Below are positions 33,201 to 41,396 of a DNA stretch of 64,000 nt, piece by piece. This DNA is from an uncultured Gemmatimonadales bacterium. GTDB lineage: Bacteria; Gemmatimonadota; Gemmatimonadetes; Longimicrobiales; RSA9. The number at the start of each line of letters is the position of its first letter. Positions within the stretch are counted from its first letter, which is position 1. Location of the stretch: assembly GCA_963708135.1 (NCBI GenBank), contig OY970192.1, positions 2,624,001-2,688,000 on the forward strand, written 5' to 3'. Under the pieces are notes generated by a model that was not told where the DNA came from, ran no database searches, and was given only the letters and a program-made list of their open reading frames with translations. The translations under genes and the position numbers were made by a program.

Positions 33201-33712
33201 TAGACGTCGAAGGTGTTGACCGAGATGCGCCAGTCCCCCGCGGCGTTGTTGTTTTCGTTCGCGTCCAGGATGAATTGCCGGTAGAAGTTGGCGCCGACCT
33301 TGATGGTCGGCACGTGGTTCAGCGGCAGCGCCTGAGTCCCGGACTTGTCATCGAGCGGGGAGCCGTTGTCGGTGTTGAAGCCGGTCTCCGTCGGGCTGGC
33401 CTGGACGCGCAGGAACGGGTTCAGGAGGCCGGTCCCGACCTTGAAGGGGCTCGGGAACGTCCACAGGCCGGCGTAGCCGCCGCTGCTCGTGATCGTCAGC
33501 GTGAAGGGCGTGGTCGTCGTCGGCGTGTTGTCCTGGTTCAGGTCCCAGCCGCTGTTGAAGGCCTCGAACTGGGGCGGCGCCGCCCGCGGGTTCGGGGCGG
33601 TCGGGCGGTCCGAGCAGGCGAACGCCGCTGCCGCGGCGGCCGCGACGACGGCCAGCGTCGCGGAACGCCAGAGCCAGCGCGTTCGCTTGGTGATTCCTGA
33701 AGGATTCGACAT
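30215..33712 (-). CDS. Large Thr/Cys-rich surface lipoprotein (1165 aa) with three ~215-260-aa beta-rich repeats
   Basis: RBS AGGAGAG; lipobox AFAC; repeats begin VAVTKTA, VVVTKTA and LAVTKDA, each followed by R.(Y/W).W...K; C-terminal GCTLTQGYWKTH domain. Confidence 0.85.
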   Translation of the reverse strand: MSNPSGITKRTRWLWRSATLAVVAAAAAAAFACSDRPTAPNPRAAPPQFEAFNSGWDLNQDNTPTTTTPFTLTITSSGGYAGLWTFPSPFKVGTGLLNPFLRVQASPTETGFNTDNGSPLDDKSGTQALPLNHVPTIKVGANFYRQFILDANENNNAAGDWRISVNTFDVYVCKQTATDHPDQYTLRSQFRSNTDCVKVYDLNNKTGFATDALTSGSGKTLDYNILIPEQAFLDAFSALSFEQTQCPYNGVTSAPCGLWIIVDTHLGGFGTDSNGHSWASDATFEEFSTIKQPFVAVTKTALPHFTRTYTWDIAKSVTPTTITLFGGQADTAAYTVVVTKDSTDGNWNVTGQVSINNTSGATDTITAVTDLLEPGDIPITLDCHVSFPYALATGNSLLCDYSHTFASNPGTTKYVNTVNVEQAAAVTSAKSDTFTFVTPDTLKNATVNVTDTNPSQNHSGLTGNQTYHYNLVFTCNADQGQHKNIARVIGDNSTVLDSDSATVTVNCLDVVVTKTANTSLQRTYHWDLTKTVTPSSWALFNGDDGTSAYTVSVVPAATPFTDDGFTVNGHIYIKNPNTLPVYIQSISDSISGGIVGTISTCQLNSAGGDISGSLPYTLPAGDSIDCTYSKSLADGTTRTNTGRTTAKPTSTGQSKNFSGTASINFAGAQQTTVNETVTAKDSYQGGVESTLGTTTYPNTGTFHPTSRTFTCGTDAGSHKNIATLYGDNAAVLDKDSATVAVTCYTLAVTKDAATTFTRLWSWTIDKSIDESCFLTLPSGGDSYDSSTHTATIQQGETLNVCYKALLTGTSRDSAWNVTGNTTNIKIHNNHPTKAATLTGVIDTISGTPVINATVNCPSLTVPAGGDLTCTYAADLPDGTSRTNTATATQQNYSYTSELTPSTSGTTKYSGQASVTFSSTPTSEIDECVDVNDVLKNAGVQVGSKTFGTWCASSGTTHTFSYSYTFGPNDIPVQCGPNRFDNTATFTTNDTQTSNFDAEYVNIQVECVQGCTLTQGYWKTHNELFKGGASKKADPAWYANVDLNGDGTPDLQLTGPGTTFFYSGQSWFDVFWTNPQGNAYYILADQYMAAVLNGVSVQTPPAAVAQALQDAYNLFNNPANTPTTIGALKGKNGNATRQQWIDLAGILGNYNEGLAGVPHCTENTGS

Positions 33713-33771
33713 CGGATCTCTCCTGGCTGCCAAGGGTTTCCGTGGAGGCGGGGACAGCCTCCGCGGGCTCT

Positions 33772-33848
33772 CCCACGGCAGCCGGGCGATCTCGGAGAGA
33801 TCCTGGCTTTGCGGACCGGCCTCGCGGCCGGGGTGCCTTTGTCGGGGA
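33772..33848 (-). ncRNA. Cyclic di-GMP-I (GEMM) riboswitch-like element
   Basis: Minus strand AAAGGCACC-CCGGCC-GCGA-GGCCGG-TCCGCAAAGCC-AGGATCTCTCCGAGATCGCCCGGCTGCCG: GNRA-capped P2, CGCAAAGCC junction, P3 with TCT...GAT, 3' GGCTGCCG; 60 bp upstream of ATG 33712. Confidence 0.72.
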
Positions 33849-34074
33849 GCTGGGGAACGCCTTGCTGCGGCCGGGTTCCGCCGCGGCCGCTGGTCATGGG
33901 TCTACTTCAGACGGGTGGAGGCATGCGCTTACTCCCGTGGAAGGGCCGAGAAAACGCCCGCTCGAAGGCGCCGGTCGGATCTCCGACCGGCATTCGAAGC
34001 GGGCGCTCCATGCACCGGACTGCGGGCCCGTCGCGGCCTCGGCCGAGGCGCCGGACGGACATGTTCACGGCGCG

Positions 34075-34129
34075 AGTCTAAGGCGGCCTCGTCACGCTGC
34101 CGTCCCGTGGCCGTCACGCGGCCGTAATG
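34075..34129 (-). promoter_or_regulatory. SARP-type promoter: 11-bp-phased heptamers next to a -10 box
   Basis: Plus-strand CGTCACG (34090), CGTCCCG (34101), CGTCACG (34112), CGTAATG (34123); minus-strand TAGACT at 34075-34080, 9 bp from the proximal repeat. Confidence 0.6.
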
Positions 34130-34358
34130 TCAAGAAGAATCCCGGCGCGACATGGTGCTGCGACAGATCCGTGACACGAGTGTGGCGGGTGTCACGATAG
34201 TTCGTGGCGCCTGCTGCGAGCGGGGGATCAGTGGCAGAAAAGAGATGGGCGAGGGATGATTTCACCGTGGCTGCGGCGGCGGAGACGCGCGGTTCTGTCC
34301 GCGCGCACGGGATTCGGGCACGGGAGGCACACACGCAGGAGCACCCGCACACGGGGGA

Positions 34359-35288
34359 TCAGGCGCGCGGATGCGCCTTGTCGTAGACCTTCCTGAGGTG
34401 TTCCCGGGACGTATGCGTGTAGATCCGCGTCGTGGAGAGCGACGCGTGGCCGAGGAGCTCCTTGACGGCGAGGAGGTCGGCGCCGGCGTCGAGGAGGTGG
34501 GTGGCGAAGGAGTGGCGGAGCGAGTGGGTGGAGACGTCGGCGTCCTCGGCGACACTGTCGAGGAATCCGCCCACGATGGACTGGAGCCGGCGGGCGGTGA
34601 GGCGGCGGCGGCGCTCGGAGATGAAGACGGCGTCGCGGTCGGCGGCGGGGGCGTCGCCTCGGGCGACCTCGGCGCGGCGGAGCTCGTAGCGCCGAAGGGC
34701 GCGGACGGCGGCGGAGCCGAGGGGGACGATACGCTCCTTCCGGCCCTTGCCGCGGACCTTGACCTGGTCGCCGAGGAGGTCGAGGTCCTTCCAGTCGAGG
34801 CCGCGCAGCTCGGAGAGGCGCATGCCGGTGGAATAGAAGGTCTCGAGGATGGCGAGGTCGCGGAGCGCGCGGAAGTTGCCCTCGGCGGCGCGGGTCTCGG
34901 CAAGCGCGAAGACGGCCTCGATCTGCGGCCGCGTGAGCCAGCCGGGGAGGGTGCGCTGGAGCTTGGGGGAGCGGACGGCGCGGCCGGGGTTGCCCGTGAT
35001 ACGCTCCTCGCGGTGCAGGAACCGGAAGAAGGAGCGGGCGGCGGAAAGCTTGCGCGCAATGCTCCTGCGGGCGAGCCCGCGCCGGGTCAGGTGGCCGAGG
35101 AAGGCGCGGAGCACGAGGCGGTCCACGTCGCCCCAGCCCCACTTCCCCGCCCCGTCGCGCTGATCGAGGAACGCGGCGAGCTCGGCCAGGTCGCGGCGGT
35201 AGGCGGCGACGGTGTGGGGGCTGAGCTGGCGGCCATCCTCCAGGTGGCGGAGGAAGTCGGCGATGTCCTGGTGCGGGCTGTTGGTCAC
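34359..35288 (-). CDS. xerC: Tyrosine recombinase XerC
   Basis: SPHTVAAYRRDL, TGMRLSEL, GKGRKER, HSLRHSFATHLL, LLGH and TTRIYTH motifs; C-terminal AHPRA; topA-trmFO-xerC synteny. Confidence 0.93.
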   Translation of the reverse strand: MTNSPHQDIADFLRHLEDGRQLSPHTVAAYRRDLAELAAFLDQRDGAGKWGWGDVDRLVLRAFLGHLTRRGLARRSIARKLSAARSFFRFLHREERITGNPGRAVRSPKLQRTLPGWLTRPQIEAVFALAETRAAEGNFRALRDLAILETFYSTGMRLSELRGLDWKDLDLLGDQVKVRGKGRKERIVPLGSAAVRALRRYELRRAEVARGDAPAADRDAVFISERRRRLTARRLQSIVGGFLDSVAEDADVSTHSLRHSFATHLLDAGADLLAVKELLGHASLSTTRIYTHTSREHLRKVYDKAHPRA

Positions 35289-35294
35289 GGGTCT

Positions 35295-36647
35295 TCAATC
35301 TAACGGGCTTTGAACGGACGGGCACGGGGCGGGGGCAGGGATTCCGGTCTCCTCCATCCACGCGGCGAAATCACTTCTCGCGCGCTCGACCAGCGCCTCG
35401 CGGCGCATACGCTTGTCGCGGACGTGCTCGGCGAGGGGGTCGAGGAGGCCGAAGTTGGAGTTCATGGGCGAGAAGCGGGCGGGCGGGGTCGTCGCCAGGT
35501 AGCGCATCAGGGCGCCGAGCATGGTGGTGGGCGGCGGAACGACGGGGTCGAGGCCGCGCACGAGGCGGTCGAGGTTCACGCCCGCCAGGATTCCGGAGGC
35601 GGCGGACTCGGTGTATCCCTCGACGCCGGTGAGCTGGCCGGCGAAGATCAGGTCGGGGCGGGCGGCCGGTGCGCCGGCGGGCGCGAGGCTGGCGGGGAAG
35701 CTCAGGTAGGTGTTGCGGTGGATGGAGCCGTAGCGGAGGAACTCGGCGTTCTCGAGGCCGGGGATCATGCGGAAGACGCGGCGCTGCTCGCCGGTGCGGA
35801 GGCGGGTCTGGAATCCGACGAGGTTCCACATCTGGCCGGTGCGGTCCTCGCGGCGGAGCTGGAGCACGGCCCAGGGACGTCGGCCGGTACGGGGGTCGCG
35901 CAGGCCGACGGGCTTCATGGGGCCGAATCGCAGGGTGTCGTCGCCGCGCTCGGCGAGGACCTCGACGGGGAGGCAGCCCTCGAAGAAGGGGATGTCCTCC
36001 CAGTCGTGGCCCGGGTAGACGTCGGCGGCGCGGATGGCGGCGAGGAAGGCCTCGTAGCGGTCGCGGTCGAGCGGGCAGTTCAGGTAGTCGTCGCCATCCC
36101 CCTTGCCGTAGCGGGAGCCGAAGTACGCGATGTCCAGGTCGAGGCCGTCGCGGGCGACGATCGGGGCGATCGAATCGTAGAAGGCGAGGCCGTCGTCTCC
36201 GAGCAGCCGGGCGATTGCCGCGGTGAGCGCGTCGGAGGTGAGCGGGCCGGTGGCGACGACCGCCGGCCCCTCGGGCAGCGCGTGGACCTCGCGGCGCTCG
36301 ATGGCGATGCGGGGGTGGCCCTCCACGAGCTCGGTCATCCGGCCGGCGAAGCGCTCGCGGTCGACGACCAGCGCCGTGCCGCCGGGGACGCGGCACTCGT
36401 CGGCCGCGGCGAGGAGGATGGAGCCGAGCGAGCGCATCTCGGACTTGAGGAGCCCGTGCGCGTTGGTCAGGTCCTCGCTCTTGAAGGAGTTGGTGCAGAC
36501 GAGCTCCGCCAGCCGGTCGGTCCGATGGGCGGGCGTGGCGCGGACGGGGCGCATCTCGACGAGGGTGACGTCGTGGCCGCGGGCGGCGAGCTGCCAGGCC
36601 GCCTCGCAGCCGGCCAGCCCGCCGCCGACGACGCTCAGCGCCGCCAC
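35295..36647 (-). CDS. trmFO: tRNA (uracil-5-)-methyltransferase, FADH2-oxidizing
   Basis: VVGGGLAGCEAAWQ, AELVCTNS, FEGCLPVE, NLVGFQT and AGQLTGVEGY motifs. Confidence 0.95.
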   Translation of the reverse strand: MAALSVVGGGLAGCEAAWQLAARGHDVTLVEMRPVRATPAHRTDRLAELVCTNSFKSEDLTNAHGLLKSEMRSLGSILLAAADECRVPGGTALVVDRERFAGRMTELVEGHPRIAIERREVHALPEGPAVVATGPLTSDALTAAIARLLGDDGLAFYDSIAPIVARDGLDLDIAYFGSRYGKGDGDDYLNCPLDRDRYEAFLAAIRAADVYPGHDWEDIPFFEGCLPVEVLAERGDDTLRFGPMKPVGLRDPRTGRRPWAVLQLRREDRTGQMWNLVGFQTRLRTGEQRRVFRMIPGLENAEFLRYGSIHRNTYLSFPASLAPAGAPAARPDLIFAGQLTGVEGYTESAASGILAGVNLDRLVRGLDPVVPPPTTMLGALMRYLATTPPARFSPMNSNFGLLDPLAEHVRDKRMRREALVERARSDFAAWMEETGIPAPAPCPSVQSPLD

Positions 36648-36651
36648 GGCG

Positions 36652-38946
36652 CTACCCCTTCTCCGCGGCGAAGCTCTCGGGCGCGAACTCGCCCTTGCAG
36701 GACGGGCACTTGAGGAATTCGCCGCGCGCCTTGGTGCTCTTCTCGACGAGGAAGGGCCCGCCACAGTCCGGGCAGGGGCCGGGCACGGGGCGGTCCCAGC
36801 TCGACCACTTGCAGTCGGGGTAGCGGGTGCAGCCCCAGAAGGCCTTGCCGCGGCGGGTCCTCTTCTCGCCGATCTCGCCCTGGCCACACTCGGGGCAGAC
36901 GAGGCCGGGGATGGTGACCGGCTGCGTGTGCTTGCACTCCGGGTAGTTGCTGCAGGCAATGAAGGGGCCGTAGCGGCCCTGGCGCTCCACGAGCTCCGCG
37001 CCGCACTTCGGGCAGGTGAGGCCGGTGGGCTTCGGCTCCGCCCGCTCCTTCTCGTCGAGCGACTTCGTGTAGCGGCACTCCGGGTAGCCGGAGCAGGCCA
37101 GGAAGCGGCCGAAGCGATTCCAGCGGACGACGAGCGCCTCGCCGCACTCGGGGCATTCCCCCGCGTCGCCGGCGACGACCTCCTTCACGATGGCGTCGCT
37201 CGTCCTCTCGCCGTCGGCCAGCTGGCGCTGGAAGGGGACGTAGAAGGCCTCGAGCACCTGGCGCCAATCGAGCTCGCCCTCCTCGATACGGTCGAGCTCG
37301 GACTCCATCTCGCTGGTGAAGCCGACGTTGAAGAGGTCGGGGAAGACGCGCACGAGCACCTGCGCCACGGTCTCGCCGAGGGGGGTGGGGAAGAAGCGCT
37401 TCTGCTTCACCTCGACGTACTCACGGTCCGTGATGGTGGCGATGATCTGCGCGTAAGTCGAGGGGCGGCCGATGCCGAGGCGCTCGAGCTCCTTCACGAG
37501 GCTCGCCTCGGTGAAGCGGGGCGGCGGCTGGGTGAAGTGCTGGGCCGGCAGAATGCGGAGGAGGCGGCAGGGGTCGCGCTCCTCGAGGGGCGGCAGCGGC
37601 GCGAGGTCGTCCAGGGTGCGGTGGTCGCCGTCCTCGCGGGCCTCCTGGTAGAGGCGGGTGAAGCCGTCGAAGCGCATGACGGAGCCGGTGGCGCGGAAGA
37701 GATAGCGGCGGCCGCTCGAGCCGGCGAGGTCGAAGTCCGCCGTCGTCGTGTCGTAGATGGCGGGAGCCATCTGCGCGGCGACGAAGCGCAGCCAGACGAG
37801 CTCGTAGAGCCGCTGCTGGTCACGGTCGAGGAAGCGGCGCATGGCGTCGGGGCGGCGCGAGGCTTCGGTGGGACGGATGGCCTCGTGGGCCTCCTGCGCG
37901 CCCTTCTGCTGCTTCCCCTGCCAGAGGCGGGGAGAGGCGGGCAGGTAGGCGTCACCGAAGTCGCCGCGGATCAGGTCGCGGGCGGCGCCGGCGGCGCTGG
38001 CCGCGACGCGGGTCGAGTCGGTACGCATGTAGGTGATGAGGCCGACGGAGCCCTCGCCGCCGATCTCGACGCCCTCGTAGAGCTGCTGGGCCACGCGCAT
38101 GGTCTTCTGCGGGGAGAAGCCGAGGCGCTTGGCGGCCTCCTGCTGGAGCGTCGAGGTGGTGAAGGGGGCGGGCGCGTTCTTGGTGCGCTCGCGCCGCTTG
38201 ACCTCGGTGACGACGAAGGGCACGCCGTCGATGTCGTGGAGCACGCCGGTGGCCTGGCCCTCGTTCTCGAGGGTAAAGGCCTTGCCGTCGATGTGGTGGA
38301 GCCTGGCCTCGAAGCCCTGCTCGTCCTTCTCGAGCTCGGCGGTGATGGACCAGTACTCCTGCGCGACGAAGGCGCGGATCTCGGCCTCGCGCTCGGCGAT
38401 GAGGCGGAGCGCGACGGTCTGCACGCGGCCGGCGGAGAGGCCGGGGCGGATCGGCTTCCAGAGGAGCGGGCTGACCTGATAGCCGACGAGGCGGTCGAGG
38501 ATACGGCGGGCCTGCTGCGCCTCGACCTTCTTCATGTCGAGCTCGGCGGGATGGTCGAGCGCGCGCCGGACGGCGTCGCGCGTGATCTCGTGGAAGAGCA
38601 CGCGGCGGAAGCGGCCCTGGCCGTTGCCGTCGTAGCCGAGCTGCTCGGCCACGTGGTAGGCGATGGCCTCGCCCTCGCGGTCGGGGTCGGTGGCCAGGAT
38701 GACCTGGTCGGAGGTGTTGGCCTCACGGCGCAGCTCCTGGATGATCTTGCCCTTGCCGCGGATGGTGACGTAGCGCGGCTCGAAGCCGGCCTCCACGTCT
38801 ACGCCGAGCTCGCGCTCGGGCAGGTCGCGGATGTGGCCCACCGAGGCACGGACCCGGTAGCCGGGCCCGAGATATTTTCCAATCGTGCGCGCCTTGGCCG
38901 GCGACTCCACGATCACGAGGTGCGTCTTTTCAGCCGTCTTGCTCAT
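36652..38946 (-). CDS. topA: DNA topoisomerase I with C-terminal C4 zinc ribbons
   Basis: LVIVESPAKA, ATDPDREGEAI, SAGRVQ, ITYMRTDS and GIGRPSTY motifs; repeated CPxC...C..YP.C. Confidence 0.97.
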   Translation of the reverse strand: MSKTAEKTHLVIVESPAKARTIGKYLGPGYRVRASVGHIRDLPERELGVDVEAGFEPRYVTIRGKGKIIQELRREANTSDQVILATDPDREGEAIAYHVAEQLGYDGNGQGRFRRVLFHEITRDAVRRALDHPAELDMKKVEAQQARRILDRLVGYQVSPLLWKPIRPGLSAGRVQTVALRLIAEREAEIRAFVAQEYWSITAELEKDEQGFEARLHHIDGKAFTLENEGQATGVLHDIDGVPFVVTEVKRRERTKNAPAPFTTSTLQQEAAKRLGFSPQKTMRVAQQLYEGVEIGGEGSVGLITYMRTDSTRVAASAAGAARDLIRGDFGDAYLPASPRLWQGKQQKGAQEAHEAIRPTEASRRPDAMRRFLDRDQQRLYELVWLRFVAAQMAPAIYDTTTADFDLAGSSGRRYLFRATGSVMRFDGFTRLYQEAREDGDHRTLDDLAPLPPLEERDPCRLLRILPAQHFTQPPPRFTEASLVKELERLGIGRPSTYAQIIATITDREYVEVKQKRFFPTPLGETVAQVLVRVFPDLFNVGFTSEMESELDRIEEGELDWRQVLEAFYVPFQRQLADGERTSDAIVKEVVAGDAGECPECGEALVVRWNRFGRFLACSGYPECRYTKSLDEKERAEPKPTGLTCPKCGAELVERQGRYGPFIACSNYPECKHTQPVTIPGLVCPECGQGEIGEKRTRRGKAFWGCTRYPDCKWSSWDRPVPGPCPDCGGPFLVEKSTKARGEFLKCPSCKGEFAPESFAAEKG

Positions 38947-38966
38947 TCGACTCCTGCTCTGGGTCC

Positions 38967-39503
38967 TCACCCGTCGTCCACCGCCACCAGCTCCGCGATC
39001 CTGCGCGCCACCTGCTCCGGGTCCGCGCCGGCCGCGTCGACCACGGCGTCGGCGCGGCTGTAGTACGGTTCGCGCTCCTCGATCAGCATCCGGGCGCGTG
39101 CCAGTGGATCCGGACCGGCCAGGAGCGGCCGGCGCACGGGATCCGCCGAGGCACGGCGGACGGCCTCCTCCGGCGTGACGCGCAGCCAGACCAGCAAGCT
39201 GCCGGGGCACAGCCGCTCCAGCAGCCCGGCCTGCGTGATCCAGCCACCGCCGGGCGCGAGCACGATGGCGGTCCGACAGCCGAGCTCGGCCGTCAGCTCC
39301 GCCTCGAGCGAGCGGAACGCGGCCTCGCCGGGGCCGGCGAAGATCTCGGCCACGGAGAGCCCGGTCCGGGCGGAGATCACCTCGTCGAAGTCGGCGAAGT
39401 CCCAACCCAGGCGGGCGGCCAGCCGGCGGCCGACCGTGCTCTTTCCCGAAGCCATAAAGCCAACGAGGACGATGCGCTGGACGCGCGGGTCAACCGCCTG
39501 CAC
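38967..39503 (-). CDS. aroK: Shikimate kinase
   Basis: [26 protein letters not shown] and RPLL motifs; start approximate. Confidence 0.9.
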   Translation of the reverse strand: MQAVDPRVQRIVLVGFMASGKSTVGRRLAARLGWDFADFDEVISARTGLSVAEIFAGPGEAAFRSLEAELTAELGCRTAIVLAPGGGWITQAGLLERLCPGSLLVWLRVTPEEAVRRASADPVRRPLLAGPDPLARARMLIEEREPYYSRADAVVDAAGADPEQVARRIAELVAVDDG

Positions 39504-40736
39504 CGCCGGGCCCCGCGAGCTCCGGCCGTCTTGCCGCGAGTCCCTCCATGTACCCGCGGTGGTTCCGCAGCAGCTCGGCCATCGAGTCGCCGCCGAACTT
39601 TTCGAGGACGGCATCGGCGAGCACGATCGCGACCATGGCCTCGCCGACGACGCCGGCGGCGGCCAGCGCCACGACATCGCTGCGCTCGCGGATGGCGTCG
39701 GCACGGCTCCCGGTGCGCAGGTCCACGCTGCGCAGCGGCCGCATGAGCGTGGAGAGCGGCTTCATGGCCACGCGCGCCACGAGGGGCTCGCCGGTAGTCA
39801 TTCCGCCCTCGAGTCCCCCGCGTTGTTCGACAGGCGCTTGTACCCACCGGTCCCCGGGAGGTTGCCTCGCTCGAAGGCGGCGGCATCCCGCTCGATCTCG
39901 TCGTGGACCTCGGAGCCGTGGCGGCGCGCGGCCTCGAAGCCGAGTCCGATCTCGACGCCCTTCATGGCCTGGATGGACATGAGCGCACCGGCGAGGCGGC
40001 CATCCAGCTTGCGATCCCAGGCGACGTGGCTGCCGAGCCCGGCCGGCAGCCCGCGGGCGACGACCTCGAAGACACCGCCGAGGGTGTCGCCGGCCTCCTT
40101 TGCGGCGTCGATCGCATCGATGATGCGTGCTTCGGCGGAGCGATCCAATACGCGGATGGGACTTTCGTCGGCGACGGCGTCGATGTCGTCGGGGTAGCCG
40201 CCCTCGGGCAGAGGCGCGTCGATGCCGCCGAGCGAGACGATGTGGCTGCCGACGCTGATCCCGAGCTCGGCGAGCAGCCGCTTCGCGACCGCGCCGGCGG
40301 CGACGCGGGCGGTGGTCTCACGGGCGGAGGCGCGCTCGAGGACGTCGCGGGCGTCATCGCGGGCGTACTTGAGGACGCCGACGAGGTCCGCGTGGCCCGG
40401 GCGTGGCAGGTGGACGCGCCTGAGCAGGTCCGGATCGACATCGGCGGGCGGCGGCTCGTGGCTCATGGCGACGCGCCAGTTCTCCCAGTCGCGGTTCCAG
40501 ATCACGAGGGAGAGGGGCGAGCCGAGGGTCTCGCCGAAGCGGACGCCGGAGATGAGCTCGGCACGGTCGCGCTCGATCTTCATGCGGCCGCCGCGGCCGT
40601 AGCCGCCCTGGCGGCGGCGGAGCTCGGGGTCGATGTCGCGCTCGGCGAGGAGCGAGAGCCCGGCGGGGACGCCCTCGACGAGGGCAATGAGACCGCGCCC
40701 GTGGGACTCGCCGGCAGTGTGGAAGCGGAAGTGCAT
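39490..40736 (-). CDS. aroC: Chorismate synthase with an apparent 1-bp frameshift in a G run (39815-39819)
   Basis: [25 protein letters not shown] and ERASARET in one frame; [11 protein letters not shown]...MKPLSTL...ERSDV in another; one extra G restores NNAGGLEGG. Confidence 0.9.
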
Positions 40737-40770
40737 GGACGCAGGATTCGGGGTTCGGGGCTCGCGTGGC

Positions 40771-40797
40771 AAAAAGAGCCCGGCCGAAACCGGGCTC
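40771..40797 (-). terminator. Intrinsic terminator of the pilMNOPQ transcript
   Basis: Minus strand GAGCCCGGT-TTCG-GCCGGGCTC-TTTTT. Confidence 0.75.
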
Positions 40798-40805
40798 CTC
40801 GCCTG

Positions 40806-41396
40806 TCAACCACGCCTATATAACGCTCCCGCGCCGGGGCGCGCCACCCCGGGTGGTCGCGCCGGCGGCGGCGGTACGGAGGCGAGCGCCGCCGGCGGCC
40901 CGAGGACGAGCGCCGGCGCGAATGGGCGAGGGGATGCTCCCGGCCGGCGCGCGGCGGCAGCGGAGGCGGCGGCCACCGCGGCCGTGATCCGGACCTGCCG
41001 GGTTACGGCTTCGCTCACGGCGCCCGTCGTGTCGGTGACGGTGGCGGTCACCACGAGGATGCTGTCGGCCACGGCGCCGGGGAGCCCGACCAACACGTCC
41101 TGGGTGAGGCCAGTGGCGGCCGGGTCGATGGCGACCGGGATGTTCTTCTGGACGGCCGAGCTGAGCACGATGTTGAGTGCGACGATCGGGCGGCTCCCCG
41201 TCGCCTCGACGTGGACGGTAAAGGTAGCGCCGGCGGCGGCGGATTCAGGGACGGTCATGGCCGTGATCTCGGGTGCGCTGGCCGAGACCGCCAGACGGAA
41301 CAGATTGTCTCCGTTGCAGGCGCCGAGGAGTACGGCGCCGGCTGCTACGGCGGCGGGAGCAAGACGGCGGCGGCGGCGCGATTGGGCGGGCATCAT
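40806..41396 (-). CDS. Hypothetical lipoprotein with an Ig-like domain, coupled to pilQ
   Basis: Start overlaps the pilQ stop; lipobox LLGAC; beta-rich core; low-complexity tail makes the C-terminus uncertain. Confidence 0.65.
   Translation of the reverse strand: MMPAQSRRRRRLAPAAVAAGAVLLGACNGDNLFRLAVSASAPEITAMTVPESAAAGATFTVHVEATGSRPIVALNIVLSSAVQKNIPVAIDPAATGLTQDVLVGLPGAVADSILVVTATVTDTTGAVSEAVTRQVRITAAVAAASAAAARRPGASPRPFAPALVLGPPAALASVPPPPARPPGVARPGAGALYRRG

Noticed and set aside
34359..35288. XerC as the integrase of the adjacent island
   Set aside because: Motifs and topA-trmFO synteny indicate the housekeeping XerC; I found no att-like direct repeats or dif-like site at the island edges
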